Of a stretch of 59,686 nucleotides of DNA, positions 11,066 to 22,839 are shown in pieces. Position 1 is the stretch's first letter, and every line of letters starts with the position of its first letter. Both the position numbers and the translations under genes were made by a program. The stretch is from Sulfurimonas sp. (GTDB taxonomy: Bacteria; Campylobacterota; Campylobacteria; Campylobacterales; Sulfurimonadaceae): assembly GCA_024513425.1 (NCBI GenBank), contig JANEIH010000001.1, forward strand, positions 1 through 59,686, read 5' to 3'. The notes beneath the pieces were generated by a model. The model had not been told where the DNA came from. It did not search any database and worked only from the letters and a program-made list of their open reading frames with translations.

Positions 11066-13028
11066 CTCTTTGCTCACTATCTTGAGAAGTTTTACTCATT
11101 GTCACATCCTCTTTAAGCTCATCTTTTATACTCTCTGCATCTTTGATAACTTTTGATTTCAATCCATTTTCTTTCTCAAATTCCAAGATAATATTGTGAA
11201 CCTCTTCACCTGTAATATTCTCTTTTTCATAAAGGAGTGCCACCATCTTTTCTATGGCGCCTCTATACTCTTCAAGACGCTCTACTGCTAACTTATAATG
11301 TTCATCAAGAGATTTTTTAATAAACTCATCCATCTCTTGAGCCATTTTATCGCTATACTCGCGTGTAGTAGCCTGCGCAGATCCGCCCAAGAAAGATTGA
11401 CGCGATTTCTCCAACACCATTAGACCTGCAATATCACTCATACCGTAAGTCTGCACCATTGATTTAATAATCTCAGTTGCGCGTTCCAGATCATTGCCTG
11501 CACCAGTTGATATCTCACCGATGAAAACTTGTTCGGCTGCACGACCACCAAGAAGTACATCAACCTCAGCCAACAGCTCATGTTTTTGCATCATAAATCT
11601 ATCTTCCTCTGGCTTATTGAGCGTATATCCAAGTGCTGCGAGACCACGCGGAACAATGGAGACCTTAGAGACTTTTTTAGCACCCTCAGTAGTTTCGGCA
11701 AGAAGTGCATGTCCACTCTCATGGTATGCAACGATTTTTTTCTCTTTTGGATTAATACGGCGTGATTTTTTTGAAAGTCCTGCAAGCGCCCTTTCAACTG
11801 CTTCAAATATATCCTGTTGTTTAACACTCTTTTGGCTTTTTCGACCTGCCAACAGTGCCGCTTCATTAACAATATTTGCTAAATCTGCACCGGCAAGACC
11901 GGCAGTAAGACGCGCAATCTCTTCAACATCAAAATCATCATCCATTTTTACACTTTTCATATGCACTTTAAGAATTTTCACACGACCTTCAAAATCCGGC
12001 TTGTCAACAAGAACCTGTCTGTCAAAACGCCCAGGACGAAGGAGTGCGGCATCAAGTATCTCAGGTCTGTTGGTTGCGGCCAATATGATAACTGGTGTAT
12101 CCGTACCGAAACCATCCATCTCTGCAAGAAGTTGATTGAGCGTCTGTTCACGCTCATCGTTACCACCCATAGCACCACCGGCAGCACGACTCTTACCTAT
12201 GGCATCAATCTCATCAATAAAGATAATAGAAGGCGCATCTTTTTTTGCCTGCTCAAACAAATCCCTTACGCGTGCAGCACCAACACCGACAAACATCTCT
12301 ATAAAGCTAGAACCGCTTACTGAGAAAAATGGCACTTCTGCCTCACCGGCCACTGCCTTTGCTAGAAGTGTCTTACCTGTACCGGGAGACCCGACAAGGA
12401 GTACTCCTTTAGGAATCTTTGCACCGATCTCAACATAACGGCCAGGATATTTTAAGAAGTCAACAATCTCTTGAACCTCCTCTTTTGCCTCTTCAACACC
12501 TGCAACATCATCAAACTTTGTATTTGGTTTTTCAGAGCTGATAAGCTTTTTTGAGTTACCCACACCAAGGAGACCGCCACCCATTCTCTTTTGTATTCTA
12601 CCGGCAAAAAACATCCATATGCCGATAATGAGCAAAAATGGAAAAAGCCATCCAAACATCTCCGTAAACCAGTTTGTCTCAGAAAATCCTGCATACTCAA
12701 TTCCCTCTTTATCTAACAGCCTAACAAGTTCGTTATCACCTTGAACAATTCGTGTTCTATATATTTTGCTACCATCTTTTGATATCGCACGAATAAAAGT
12801 CTGTCCAATCTCTACTTTTTTTAGACTCTTCTCTTTTACCAAAGATTTTAACTCTGAGTAACTTACAGACTTAACTTTAGCATTTGCGCTCATTGCGGAA
12901 ACGGAGTCTCCTGCACCTTCGCCAACCATTACTTTAAATAGCAAAATCACAACTACTGAAAAAATTGCAAATGTGATTAAAGGATTTTGGTTGAAAAAGT
13001 TATTGTTATTATTTTCTTGATTTGACAT
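11055..13028 (-). CDS. ftsH: ATP-dependent zinc metalloprotease FtsH
   Basis: 2 [26 protein letters not shown]. Confidence 0.98.
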   Translation of the reverse strand: MSNQENNNNNFFNQNPLITFAIFSVVVILLFKVMVGEGAGDSVSAMSANAKVKSVSYSELKSLVKEKSLKKVEIGQTFIRAISKDGSKIYRTRIVQGDNELVRLLDKEGIEYAGFSETNWFTEMFGWLFPFLLIIGIWMFFAGRIQKRMGGGLLGVGNSKKLISSEKPNTKFDDVAGVEEAKEEVQEIVDFLKYPGRYVEIGAKIPKGVLLVGSPGTGKTLLAKAVAGEAEVPFFSVSGSSFIEMFVGVGAARVRDLFEQAKKDAPSIIFIDEIDAIGKSRAAGGAMGGNDEREQTLNQLLAEMDGFGTDTPVIILAATNRPEILDAALLRPGRFDRQVLVDKPDFEGRVKILKVHMKSVKMDDDFDVEEIARLTAGLAGADLANIVNEAALLAGRKSQKSVKQQDIFEAVERALAGLSKKSRRINPKEKKIVAYHESGHALLAETTEGAKKVSKVSIVPRGLAALGYTLNKPEEDRFMMQKHELLAEVDVLLGGRAAEQVFIGEISTGAGNDLERATEIIKSMVQTYGMSDIAGLMVLEKSRQSFLGGSAQATTREYSDKMAQEMDEFIKKSLDEHYKLAVERLEEYRGAIEKMVALLYEKENITGEEVHNIILEFEKENGLKSKVIKDAESIKDELKEDVTMSKTSQDSEQRDEK

Positions 13029-13038
13029 CTATCTCTCT

Positions 13039-13869
13039 TTATTGTTTTCTTTTTAGTACTAAGGTTATCCACTCATCTAAGGCTATTTTTTCCAAGATTT
13101 CACAATCTTTGTAATAACGCAACACTTTATCTTCATACTTATGAAGGATACCTGATAAAATAAGCACGCCATCATCTTCGAGTCCATTTTTAAGCTCATG
13201 TGCTATAAATGTCAATACATCGGCAACAATGTTTGCTACGACGATATTATATTTTTTCTTTGTAAATGAAGATGAACCTTCCCAAAGCGTATAAAACTCC
13301 AGACCATTCAATAGAGCATTGGCTTTTGCATTCTCTACTGAGATCGGATCGGTATCACAAGCATCAACAGTAGCACCGAGTTTCATTGCTCCAATACCGA
13401 GAATACCACTTCCGCAACCAACATCTAAAACCTTGTCACCCGACTTTACATAGTTGGAAATTGCCAGTAAAGATGAAGCGGTTGTAGGATGGTGCCCAGT
13501 ACCAAATGCAAGTGCTGGGTCAATAACAATATTCATCAGTGTATCACTTGGCTCACTCCAAGTAGGATGGATATAAAACCCACCGATTGTAAGGGGCTCA
13601 ATACTCTGTTTGTAAGATTCAACCCAATCACTATTTTTAAGCTTTTTCTGCTCACACTCAAGCTCTATTGTACCGCCTAGTGCCTTTTGCAGTGCTTCTC
13701 TAAACTGCTTCAAACCCCAGATGATAGTATCAAGTTTATCTTCACTACGAATTATAAAACCCCCATCAATCTCTTCAAAACCAACAGGAATCGTATCTGC
13801 TAAAAAATCAGAAAAAAGGGAATAGTGAGATGAAACTTTAACGAGAAGTTCAAAATAATGCTTTTGCAT
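13039..13869 (-). CDS. prmA: Ribosomal protein L11 methyltransferase
   Basis: DPALAFGTGHHPTT, DVGCGSG, VANI. Confidence 0.96.
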   Translation of the reverse strand: MQKHYFELLVKVSSHYSLFSDFLADTIPVGFEEIDGGFIIRSEDKLDTIIWGLKQFREALQKALGGTIELECEQKKLKNSDWVESYKQSIEPLTIGGFYIHPTWSEPSDTLMNIVIDPALAFGTGHHPTTASSLLAISNYVKSGDKVLDVGCGSGILGIGAMKLGATVDACDTDPISVENAKANALLNGLEFYTLWEGSSSFTKKKYNIVVANIVADVLTFIAHELKNGLEDDGVLILSGILHKYEDKVLRYYKDCEILEKIALDEWITLVLKRKQ

Positions 13870-14243
13870 TATTTTGCAACACCCATAACAGCATCAAGTT
13901 TTTCTTTCAAAACCTGAGGAGCAAATGGTTTGATGATGTAGTTATTTACACCTGCTTTAAGTGCTGTAAGAACCTCTGATTTGCCACTTTCTGTTGAGAC
14001 CATAATAATCGGGGTATCTTTAAGACGCTCATCGGCACGAACCTTTTTGATAAGTTCAAGACCATTCATCTTGGGCATATTCCAGTCAGTAATAAGCACA
14101 TCAATATCTAAATTAGCATCCATTTGCCTCCACCCCTCAACACCATCTGCACCTTCTAGTACATCTTTGTATCCAAGATGCGCCAAAGTATTTTTAATAA
14201 TACGACGCATTGTTGAGCTGTCATCAACAACAAGTAATTTCAC
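13869..14243 (-). CDS. cheY: Chemotaxis response regulator CheY
   Basis: Stand-alone REC (VDDSSTMR, TDWNMP, KPF); cheY-prmA-ftsH order as in Campylobacterota. Confidence 0.93.
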   Translation of the reverse strand: MKLLVVDDSSTMRRIIKNTLAHLGYKDVLEGADGVEGWRQMDANLDIDVLITDWNMPKMNGLELIKKVRADERLKDTPIIMVSTESGKSEVLTALKAGVNNYIIKPFAPQVLKEKLDAVMGVAK

Positions 14244-14293
14244 ATCGAAATCCTTTTTTATCTAATAGTATCAAATTTTTGTTTGTTTTACTA

Positions 14294-15004
14294 TTAAGCG
14301 AGCAGTTTGAACATTTTAGGAAGGTCTAATCTCCCCTCATAGTAAGCTTTTCCAATAATAACACCCTCTATCTCATCTCTCTTTATGAGTGCTTCAATAT
14401 CCTGCTCATCTTTTACACCACCGCTGGCAATGGTAGCCACTTTGCTTGCACGCGCAATATCAAGTGTAAAATCAACATTCACGCCAGAGAGTGTACCATC
14501 TCGCCCAACATCTGTACAGATGATAGTCTCAACACCTGCATTTGCAAATTCGCGTGCCAAATCTGTAGCTTTCATTTCACTTACTTCGCCCCAACCCTCA
14601 ACAGCAACATAACCATCAATAGCATCGATACCGACTGCTATTGGATATTTAGAAGCCATACTCTTAACAAATTGTGGATCTTTAACCGCAATGGAACCTA
14701 AAATAATTCTATCTATGCCGATTTTAAGCATCTTCTTAATTGTTGCTTCATCGCGAATACCGCCACCAAGTTCAAGCTTTATATTGCAATTTTTTCTGAT
14801 TTTTACAATCTGCTCAAGGTTTTTTGGTTCACCTGCAAATGCACCGTTTAGATCAACCAAGTGTACCCATTCAGCGCCCATCTCTTCAAACTTTTTCACA
14901 AGCTCATATGGCTCATTTGAGTAGATCTTGGCACTCTCCATAAGCCCTTTTGTTAAGCGTACTGCTTTTCCATCTTTTAAATCAATTGCCGGATATAGTG
15001 TCAT
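14294..15004 (-). CDS. hisA: ProFAR isomerase
   Basis: [36 protein letters not shown]. Confidence 0.97.
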   Translation of the reverse strand: MTLYPAIDLKDGKAVRLTKGLMESAKIYSNEPYELVKKFEEMGAEWVHLVDLNGAFAGEPKNLEQIVKIRKNCNIKLELGGGIRDEATIKKMLKIGIDRIILGSIAVKDPQFVKSMASKYPIAVGIDAIDGYVAVEGWGEVSEMKATDLAREFANAGVETIICTDVGRDGTLSGVNVDFTLDIARASKVATIASGGVKDEQDIEALIKRDEIEGVIIGKAYYEGRLDLPKMFKLLA

Positions 15005-15030
15005 TGAAATAGTTTTCCTTTTTTCCTGTT

Positions 15031-15663
15031 TTAATTTTTAGCTATTTTAGGGGTGTTCATAATAAAATTTTCTAAAATTTTGAGCCCGTTTTTATGGCTT
15101 TTTTCAGGGTGTGACTGAATCCCCATAATATTTTCATGTGCTACTGCAGAGGTAAATTTATATCCATAGTATGTCTCACCTAAGATATCATTTTCATCTG
15201 CACAATTTACATGGTATGTATGGACAAAATAGAGGCAATACTCATCATCAAGACCCACAAAAAGAGGATGCTCTTTTGTGAACACTCTATTCCATCCCAT
15301 ATGGGGTATTTTGAGTTTTTCTTCAAATTTATCGGCATCAAAATGTGTTACATTTCCCTTGATAAGTCCAAGTCCTGCGTGAAAGCCAAACTCCTCAGAG
15401 CTTTCAAAAAAAAGTTGCATTCCCAAACAGATACCAAGCATAGGTTTTCCGCTTGCGGCAAACTCTCTAATCGCTTCTATCATCTGCATCTCACGCAAAT
15501 GCTCCATCGCATCGCCAAATGCACCAACACCCGGAAGTACTAGCTTATCGTAACTGCTAAACTTCTCTGGATTACTCTCAACTACCGTATCTTCCCCAAG
15601 TTTGGCAAATGCATTTTGCACAGATGCCAAATTTCCCATATTATAATCAATTATTGCTATCAT
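15031..15663 (-). CDS. hisH: Imidazole glycerol phosphate synthase glutaminase subunit
   Basis: [25 protein letters not shown]. Confidence 0.97.
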   Translation of the reverse strand: MIAIIDYNMGNLASVQNAFAKLGEDTVVESNPEKFSSYDKLVLPGVGAFGDAMEHLREMQMIEAIREFAASGKPMLGICLGMQLFFESSEEFGFHAGLGLIKGNVTHFDADKFEEKLKIPHMGWNRVFTKEHPLFVGLDDEYCLYFVHTYHVNCADENDILGETYYGYKFTSAVAHENIMGIQSHPEKSHKNGLKILENFIMNTPKIAKN

Positions 15664-16568
15664 TACTCATCTATCTTCAATTTTGTAAATTTTATATATA
15701 CCGCTAAACTTATCAAAAGCATCGCAACGCCCGCAACAATATACATGGCATATATCAATTTGTCTGGATCAATTATCGCAAATTTAAACACAAGCATCAA
15801 AGCTTCAATCGAAAGAGCGATAATAATACTTCCTAAAAATCGAACCATCGTCTTATGCGGCCCTGAAACATTGTGTTCTTTATGCCGTCCAAGTATCTCC
15901 TCTTCTATAAGTGTTTTAGAGAGATCAAATATCGCCAAAGAGAGTGTTAAAAGAATGGTTGCTTCAAACATATCTTTGATTTTAAACTTATCAGGTGTTA
16001 TCTCATAAACAAAAAAGCTCTGGATCCCTTTAAAAAAGAGCAATACCGTTACGGCAATAAGTGCAAGCGCAAAAGCCCCGTAGGCAAATTTGAAAAACTC
16101 ACTGAAGATATGATCCATCGTTGTCGGATGTGCAATTTTAATCGCCTCTTCAAGTGATATATCCAAACAAGCTACATACTTCAACTCTCCATGTTCATTG
16201 AAAATGGGCGCTGAAGCGGTAACTGTCAAATCTCCGGTAATGAGAGATGGGTAGGGGTCGGTAATCGTACAACGCTCTTCTCTTGCAGCTTTATAATAGT
16301 ATGCACGATCTGCTCTTATCTTTCCGGCATCATCATCAATCTGCCCTTTTTGGGTAAAAGTGGGGCTTACCTGCACACCTTTTTCATCAAGAAGATATAC
16401 ACCCTCACAATTTTCCAAATCTGCTTTGATTTTCAACAGACATGGCATAATCATCTTTCGGGTGATTGATGGCAGTCTATTTGGAATATTTTTAGAAAAG
16501 AGATAGCAAAAATAGGCTCTTGCTTTTGTTCTACCTTCAGCAAAATGCTGAATATCTAATGTAACCAT
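15663..16568 (-). CDS. PDC/Cache sensor domain fused to a PsiE-like 4-TM domain (PglG/WlaM-like)
   Basis: RADRAYY...ITDPYPSLITGDLTVTASAPI Cache motif; C-terminal hydrophobic helices; position near cheY and waaC like Campylobacter pglG. Confidence 0.7.
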   Translation of the reverse strand: MVTLDIQHFAEGRTKARAYFCYLFSKNIPNRLPSITRKMIMPCLLKIKADLENCEGVYLLDEKGVQVSPTFTQKGQIDDDAGKIRADRAYYYKAAREERCTITDPYPSLITGDLTVTASAPIFNEHGELKYVACLDISLEEAIKIAHPTTMDHIFSEFFKFAYGAFALALIAVTVLLFFKGIQSFFVYEITPDKFKIKDMFEATILLTLSLAIFDLSKTLIEEEILGRHKEHNVSGPHKTMVRFLGSIIIALSIEALMLVFKFAIIDPDKLIYAMYIVAGVAMLLISLAVYIKFTKLKIDE

Positions 16569-16640
16569 AATATCTCTGCCTCCCTTTTGTTTCATTTTTT
16601 ATTGTTTGAATTATATCAAAGATTGACTATAATGTCATTA

Positions 16641-17645
16641 ATGAATCAAGATATTAAAAAAATTGCCATCGTTAGACTCTCAGCACTCGGAGACATTGTA
16701 AATAGTGCTGTAGTTTTACAATTTATCGGGCAAAACTATCCTCACGCAACAGTAACATGGATAGTCGAAGAATCCTTTAGTGCAGTTTTGCAAAATGCGA
16801 AATATCTAAAGAGTATTCATACAGTCAATCTCAAAAAATTTAAAAAAGAAAAAAGCTTTTGGCTTTTAAAAGAAGAGTATAAAAGACTAAAAGCGATGGC
16901 TTGCTTTGATATTGTCATCGATATACAAGGACTTATTAAGTCAGCCATTGTTACTAAAATTCTTGGAAAAAATAGGCATGGATTTGACAAAAACTCAACA
17001 CGAGAATCCTTGGCATCACTCTTTTATAGGACGAAAACTGCTATTGCTTATGAAGAAAATGTCATCTCACGCAATGCCAAAGTTGTTGCAGATGCTCTTA
17101 ATATCTCAATAACACAAAATATGCTGGAAAAAAAGGAGCCTATATTTAGCATTACAACAAATTTTTCATTGCAAAAAGAGAAAAAGAATATCGCTTTTGT
17201 TATTGGTGCTTCATGGCCATCTAAAATATACCCAAAAGAGAAGATTGTAGATGTCTGCAATCACCTGCAAGAGGAGTCTTATATCATCTGGGGCAATCAA
17301 AAAGAGTATGAAGATGCAAAATGGATTTGCAAACACTCAAAATATACGAAGATGGCACCAAAGCTCACTTTGGAGGAGTTAGTCTCGTTTATCTCACATA
17401 TGGATCTGCTTATTGGTAATGATACGGGACCGACACATATGGCGTGGGCACAGAATATTCCCTCAATAACCCTGCTTGGACCGACAACAAGACGAATGAT
17501 AGGAGAGACCTCTAAAAATATCGGTATAAAATCACCCTCAGAAGTAAATATTTTAAAAATTGATAAAACCGACTACTCTATTAAAAATATTCAAATCTCA
17601 AAAATCATACATACGGCAAAGGAGCTTCTATATAATGGAGTATAA
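16641..17645 (+). CDS. waaC: LPS heptosyltransferase I
   Basis: RLSALGDIV, DIQGLIKS, GNDTGPTHMA (GT9); start chosen at an internal ATG. Confidence 0.92.
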   Translation: MNQDIKKIAIVRLSALGDIVNSAVVLQFIGQNYPHATVTWIVEESFSAVLQNAKYLKSIHTVNLKKFKKEKSFWLLKEEYKRLKAMACFDIVIDIQGLIKSAIVTKILGKNRHGFDKNSTRESLASLFYRTKTAIAYEENVISRNAKVVADALNISITQNMLEKKEPIFSITTNFSLQKEKKNIAFVIGASWPSKIYPKEKIVDVCNHLQEESYIIWGNQKEYEDAKWICKHSKYTKMAPKLTLEELVSFISHMDLLIGNDTGPTHMAWAQNIPSITLLGPTTRRMIGETSKNIGIKSPSEVNILKIDKTDYSIKNIQISKIIHTAKELLYNGV

Positions 17646-18525
17646 ATTACTTTTACTTTTTGAAAAAATTTTAATACTGCTACCAAAAAGCTTCCGTAAA
17701 GGTTTTTTTAGTCTTCTAGCAAGTATCGGTTATATAGCATCGAAAAAATATCGTAATATCGCACGCCAAAACCTCAACTATGCTTTTGATAACAGTATGG
17801 ACAAGGCAGAGATAAAAGCCATTACAAAATATAGCTTTAAAAATCTGCTTTACAACTTTTTATACCTTATAGAGATACGAAATCTCCCTAAAGAAGAGAT
17901 CTGCAAAAAAATAACAATTGTCAATAAAGAAGTGGCTAACAGAGTTCACGCAGAGGGGCGAGCCGTCATCTATGCGGCACCACACTATTGTGCATGGGAA
18001 CTTGGAGCTGTCGGTCTTGTCATGGAGATTGAGCCAATCTCGGCAGTCTATAAAAAACTCAAAAATAGAGCCTATGAACAATGGCTTTTAGAAGCAAGGG
18101 CACGATTTGGCAATACAAATCTTGAAAAAACCAATGTTATCAAGCCACTTATAAAACTTATAAAAGAGGGAAAAGATAGTGCTATTCTTATAGATACAAA
18201 TATCAATAAAAAAGAGGGGCTAATGGTAGAGTTTATGGGAAAACCCTTGCGTCAAACAGCAACACCTGCTTATTTGGCAAGAAAATTTAACGCCGCTATT
18301 ATTCCTACACATATTCGTACAGATGATGAAGAGAACTATACCATCATCTTAGGTGATGAGATAAAAGTCAATAAAACAGATAATCCACAAAAAGATATCT
18401 TAGAAGCAACACAAGCTCAAGCCGATTGGCTAAGCGATATTATTAGAAAAGAACCAAAATTTTGGTTCTGGTTACATCGCAGATGGAAAGGCGACAACCC
18501 AGAAATCTATAAAGAGCATCTCTAA
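17635..18525 (+). CDS. Lipid A late acyltransferase (LpxL/HtrB family)
   Basis: HYCAWE (H-x4-E), WFWLHRRWK; ATG at 17635 overlaps the waaC end. Confidence 0.92.
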   Translation: MEYKLLLLFEKILILLPKSFRKGFFSLLASIGYIASKKYRNIARQNLNYAFDNSMDKAEIKAITKYSFKNLLYNFLYLIEIRNLPKEEICKKITIVNKEVANRVHAEGRAVIYAAPHYCAWELGAVGLVMEIEPISAVYKKLKNRAYEQWLLEARARFGNTNLEKTNVIKPLIKLIKEGKDSAILIDTNINKKEGLMVEFMGKPLRQTATPAYLARKFNAAIIPTHIRTDDEENYTIILGDEIKVNKTDNPQKDILEATQAQADWLSDIIRKEPKFWFWLHRRWKGDNPEIYKEHL

Positions 18526-19559
18526 TCGCACTCTTTTGTTTGTGCTTCAAAGAGTTTCAAGATCGTTAAAAAAAATGCGGTAATTGCAGGTCCGAGTATC
18601 ATACCCCAAAATCCAAAAGTTGTAAGACCCGCAATAATTGCAAAGAAAATCACTAGCTCATTCATCTTTGTATCATCTTTATTGAGTAGTTTTTTGTTTA
18701 TCCATTTAATGATAAGCGGTTTTATGAAAGTATCTGCGCCTATTGAGATAATCACAACGGAATAAAGAGCTATAAAAAGAGCACTTGTTGCATCTCCAAG
18801 AGCAAATTCATAGATCATAAACGGCAACCACATCAATGCACCGCCGACAACCGGAATCAAAGATGTAAAACCATACATAATTCCAAACAGTAGCCCGTTA
18901 TACCCCATAAAAGAGACCGCTATACCAAAAAGAGCACCCTCAAACATCGCAGTGGTAATGATAGAATAAAATACCACACTCATAACCGATGAAAGCTCAC
19001 GAGCCAAAAGCGTAGACTCCTTTACCGTCATCTGTAGTGCATGTTCTACAAAAGTCATAATAGTTTTACCGTTGTGTAAAGCAAAAAAGTAAAATACAAC
19101 GACTAAGAAGGCATTTTTTAAAAATTCGGCACTAAAAGTACCTATTTTTGCGACCATACTCAAGACATTTGCTGTAATAGTATTGATATTAATAGTTTGA
19201 AATGAATCAGAGATATAGGGCTTTAAAAAGAGTAGATATTCAGGAGGATTTTTTATAAATCCATTGATATAATTTTCCACACGATGCAAGGTATCTGGTT
19301 CTAAATGATTTAGCCATATAGTAAATGAAGTCAAAAAATACCCTAGTGGTACAAAAAAGAGCAGTGCAAGCAAAAGACTTGAAAGCAAAGCTGCCAAAAA
19401 ATTTGAGTGTAATTTTACTTCAAAATAGTCTTGAATCGTAGATGTAGAGATCGCCAAAAGTGCTGCAATTGTTATAATTATTAAGAATGGAGTATAAAGC
19501 AGATACATCCAATAGAGCGATGTTGCAAAAAGTATGGCTATAAAATATTGTGGCTTCAT
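18522..19559 (-). CDS. AI-2E family transporter
   Basis: Multi-TM, SLIPVVGG, DTFIKP, FGFWGMILGP. Confidence 0.9.
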   Translation of the reverse strand: MKPQYFIAILFATSLYWMYLLYTPFLIIITIAALLAISTSTIQDYFEVKLHSNFLAALLSSLLLALLFFVPLGYFLTSFTIWLNHLEPDTLHRVENYINGFIKNPPEYLLFLKPYISDSFQTININTITANVLSMVAKIGTFSAEFLKNAFLVVVFYFFALHNGKTIMTFVEHALQMTVKESTLLARELSSVMSVVFYSIITTAMFEGALFGIAVSFMGYNGLLFGIMYGFTSLIPVVGGALMWLPFMIYEFALGDATSALFIALYSVVIISIGADTFIKPLIIKWINKKLLNKDDTKMNELVIFFAIIAGLTTFGFWGMILGPAITAFFLTILKLFEAQTKECD

Positions 19560-20588
19560 CTAAAAAAGTGTCCCGTCACTATTTACACATTTCATATTGA
19601 GAACATCATAGGTTGCTTGTGTTGCCTTGCGACCTTTAGCTGTTCTCTCCAAATATCCATTTGCGATCAAATAAGGCTCTAGTACATCCTCAACTGTTCC
19701 CTCATCCTCACTCAGTGCTGCAGCAATTGTACTCAGTCCCATTGGGCGACCATTTGAACCTGCTAGTAGATTTAGAAGACGCAGATCCATTTCATCGAAA
19801 CCATATGAGTTGATACCAAGCTCATCCAAAGCATATTTTGCACGCTCATGATTGATATGTTTTTCATCTGCGACCTCAGCAAAATCCCTTACACGACGAA
19901 GTAAACGCAGTGCTATACGAGGTGTTCCTCTACTTCGTTTTGCAATCTCCAAAGCCGCATCATGAACAATCTCACGCTCTAGTTTTGCCGATGCCCGTTT
20001 GATAATTTCTGCAAGCTCTTCATGCGAATAGAAATTCATACGAAAGCTCATACCAAATCTATCACGCAGAGGATTTGAAAGCATACCGGCACGCGTTGTT
20101 GCGCCAATGAGAGTAAATCGTGGTAAATCAATCTTTACTGTTTGTGCAGCAGGACCACTGCCGACAATAATATCAATACGATAATCCTCCATAGAGGAGT
20201 AGAGTATCTCTTCAATAGCTGATGAAAGCCTATGAATCTCATCAATAAACAAGATATCACCCTCTTCCAAATTTGTCAAAATTGCAGCCAAATCCCCACT
20301 CTTTTCTATCATAGGAGCCGCTGTTACTTTGATGTTTGAATTCATCTCATTGGCAATAATAAGTGCAAGTGTAGTTTTTCCAAGTCCAGGAGGTCCATAA
20401 AAAAGGACATGATCGAGTGATTCATCTCTCTTTTTACTTGCTTCTATAAAAACAGAGAGGTTTTTCTTGATCTGATCCTGACCAATATATTCACTCCATG
20501 CATCAGGACGCAGTGTCTGTTCTGAACTTGCATCTTCTAATGAAAAAGTTTCAACATCTAGAACTCTATCCATAGATAATTCACTCAT
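19560..20588 (-). CDS. ruvB: Holliday junction branch migration helicase
   Basis: [30 protein letters not shown]; exact start uncertain (20588 or 20573). Confidence 0.98.
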   Translation of the reverse strand: MSELSMDRVLDVETFSLEDASSEQTLRPDAWSEYIGQDQIKKNLSVFIEASKKRDESLDHVLFYGPPGLGKTTLALIIANEMNSNIKVTAAPMIEKSGDLAAILTNLEEGDILFIDEIHRLSSAIEEILYSSMEDYRIDIIVGSGPAAQTVKIDLPRFTLIGATTRAGMLSNPLRDRFGMSFRMNFYSHEELAEIIKRASAKLEREIVHDAALEIAKRSRGTPRIALRLLRRVRDFAEVADEKHINHERAKYALDELGINSYGFDEMDLRLLNLLAGSNGRPMGLSTIAAALSEDEGTVEDVLEPYLIANGYLERTAKGRKATQATYDVLNMKCVNSDGTLF

Positions 20589-21379
20589 CAATAGGTATGT
20601 TCTTTCGTGGGAAATTTTCTTGTTTGCACCTCATCAACATATTTTGCAAGAGCATCTTTTATAAGCGACGCACCATCAAGATATTTTTTTACAAACTTTG
20701 GCGTGAACGCTTCAAAAAGCCCAAGCATATCTGAAAAAACAAGCACCTGCCCATCTACCTCATCTCCAGCCCCTATGCCAATTACGGGAATAGAAACTGC
20801 TTCGGCAACAGCCTTTGCTGCATCTGCTTTTGTACCTTCAATGACCATACAAAATGCACCTGCATTCTCAACTGCTTTTGCATCTTCTATCAAAGATTTT
20901 TTCTCTTCTTCACTCTTGCCTTTTACCTTATAACCACCTTCACTGCGTACAGACTGCGGCAAAAGACCAATATGTCCGCATACCGCTATGCCATTTGATG
21001 TAAGGTATTTTATCGTCTCGGCTTTATCGGCTCCGCCTTCTATCTTTACACAATCTGCTAAAGTCTCCTGAAAAACTCTTGTCGCATTTTCAAGTGCTTT
21101 TTCTTTTGTAGCATATGTTCCAAAAGGCATATCACAGATGACAAAACTATTTTTAGCACCATGGCAGACTGCATTTGTATGGTATATCATCTGCTCTAAG
21201 CTTGTTGAAATAGTATCACTTTTACCTGCAAAGCTCATACTTAGACTATCTCCTACTAAAATCATATCGACACTCTCTTCAAAGAGTTTTGCAAAGAGTG
21301 CATCATAGGCCGTAATCATCACCAAAGGCTTTACTCCCTTGGCTTTTTTAATCGAAGATATTGTTATTTTTTTATTCAT
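20588..21379 (-). CDS. panB: 3-methyl-2-oxobutanoate hydroxymethyltransferase
   Basis: TAYD, LVGDS, DMPF, HIGLLPQ, GIGAG, DGQVLV. Confidence 0.97.
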   Translation of the reverse strand: MNKKITISSIKKAKGVKPLVMITAYDALFAKLFEESVDMILVGDSLSMSFAGKSDTISTSLEQMIYHTNAVCHGAKNSFVICDMPFGTYATKEKALENATRVFQETLADCVKIEGGADKAETIKYLTSNGIAVCGHIGLLPQSVRSEGGYKVKGKSEEEKKSLIEDAKAVENAGAFCMVIEGTKADAAKAVAEAVSIPVIGIGAGDEVDGQVLVFSDMLGLFEAFTPKFVKKYLDGASLIKDALAKYVDEVQTRKFPTKEHTY

Positions 21380-21457
21380 AGATGTATTTTAACTAAATAT
21401 TGCTATAATTTGAACAATAATCTACTTAAAATACCTGACTTGGAACAATAAACAGAG

Positions 21458-22210
21458 ATGAAAAACAGCATAAAAAACTTAGTAGCCTATATTACATCAG
21501 GATATCCTGATAAAAACTTTAGCATTGACCTAGCATTGACCCTTGGTGAAAATGGCGTGGACACACTTGAACTCGGTGTTCCATTTTCTGATCCGGTAGC
21601 AGATGGTTCTGCCATTGAAAACGCAAACCACAAAGCATTAGAGTTAGGCTTCAAATTTCAAGACCTTCTTGAAATATCTAAAGCAGTCGCACCAAAAGTA
21701 GATACATTATGGATGGGTTACTTCAACAGTTTCTATCAGCAAAATATGCAAGAGCTCATTCCTCACGCAAAGAGTCTTGGTGTCAATGGAGTAATTATTC
21801 CCGATATGCCATATGAAGAATCACTTGCCTATAAAGAGCTTTTTAATGTTTACGGGATGGCAAATATCTCTTTTGTTGCCCCTACTGACTCAGAAGAGAG
21901 AATTGCAACAATAGTAAAAGATGCGCAAAAGTTTATCTATATGGTAGCATACACCGGCATTACAGGTTCAGGTACAGCCGAAGTTCTGCAACCATTTTTG
22001 GCATCTATCAAGAAACATACACAAATTCCCATCTATGTCGGCTTTGGTGTTAATGAAAAAACTGCAAAAGAAAAAGTAAAAGGTGCAGACGGTGTCATCG
22101 CAGGAAGTGCTTTTATCAACATTTTACTAGATAAGCAACTCTCTAAAAGCCAAAAAATAACAAACTGTGCAAAGTTGGCAAAAAAGATAAAAGAGCTGAT
22201 CAACGAGTAG
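21458..22210 (+). CDS. trpA: Tryptophan synthase alpha subunit
   Basis: ELGVPFSDPVADG, PDMP, GITG, VGFG. Confidence 0.96.
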   Translation: MKNSIKNLVAYITSGYPDKNFSIDLALTLGENGVDTLELGVPFSDPVADGSAIENANHKALELGFKFQDLLEISKAVAPKVDTLWMGYFNSFYQQNMQELIPHAKSLGVNGVIIPDMPYEESLAYKELFNVYGMANISFVAPTDSEERIATIVKDAQKFIYMVAYTGITGSGTAEVLQPFLASIKKHTQIPIYVGFGVNEKTAKEKVKGADGVIAGSAFINILLDKQLSKSQKITNCAKLAKKIKELINE

Positions 22211-22233
22211 ATAAGAATTTTTTTAGTTGTAAT

Positions 22234-22770
22234 CCCCAATAATTCCATACCAAATTAGACAACAAGCTTGATTACTCTATAATTAGGTATCTTCAAGCGA
22301 AAAAGACACACCTAAAACTTTCACCTATCGGGTGCGACTTTTTCAATTATAACGGTTGAATTATGACACAAACAATATTAAATTTCAAACTACAATCCAC
22401 AAATGAGAGATTAACTTCAAGAACAGGAGTGGCAATATTAGGAGAATACCTCAAAGGTATGAATCTTGAAACACTCTGCAATGACAATTTACCTAAAGCT
22501 AAACGCAACAACGGTTACTCGGCATTTGAGTTTATTTATCCCTTGATTCTAATGCTTCACGGTGGTGGTCGCTTCCTTGATGATATCCGAGAGATAAAAA
22601 TTGATAAAGCACTCACAACACTTTTAAAGATGAAAAATATACCAACAGCCAATGCCTTCTCAAAGTATCTTCGTAAACATGGGACTAATGGAGAAGAAGG
22701 TATGAGAAAAATAAACAAGATATATTTTTATGAATTTGGAGGTGTGGGAAATGTTATGGAATTATTTGGG
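22234..22770 (+). mobile_element. Internally deleted IS1380-family element, about 540 bp, with both terminal inverted repeats
   Basis: Left end CCCCAATAATTCCATA; right end TATGGAATTATTTGGG (reverse complement CCCAAATAATTCCATA), 15/16 match; flanks GTAAT and GTAAA; contains transposase 5' part. Confidence 0.8.
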
Positions 22771-22809
22771 GTAAAAGTAGATTTTAATATTTTTTTTGAT
22801 ACAATATAA
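22363..22809 (+). pseudogene. IS1380-family transposase, N-terminal fragment
   Basis: ERLTSRTGVAILGEYL...MLHGGGRFLDDIREI...IPTANAFSKYL is IS1380-like; the tail from about 22720 reads through the right IR; no DDE core. Confidence 0.8.
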
Positions 22810-22839
22810 AGACAAGAGATCAATATAGGAATAAAATAA

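Noticed and set aside
11494-12438. Long + strand ORFs opposite ftsH, and similar ones opposite pyrC, serS, hisA, nirF, nirS and the RND gene
   Set aside because: Antisense shadows of conserved genes with no RBS or motifs
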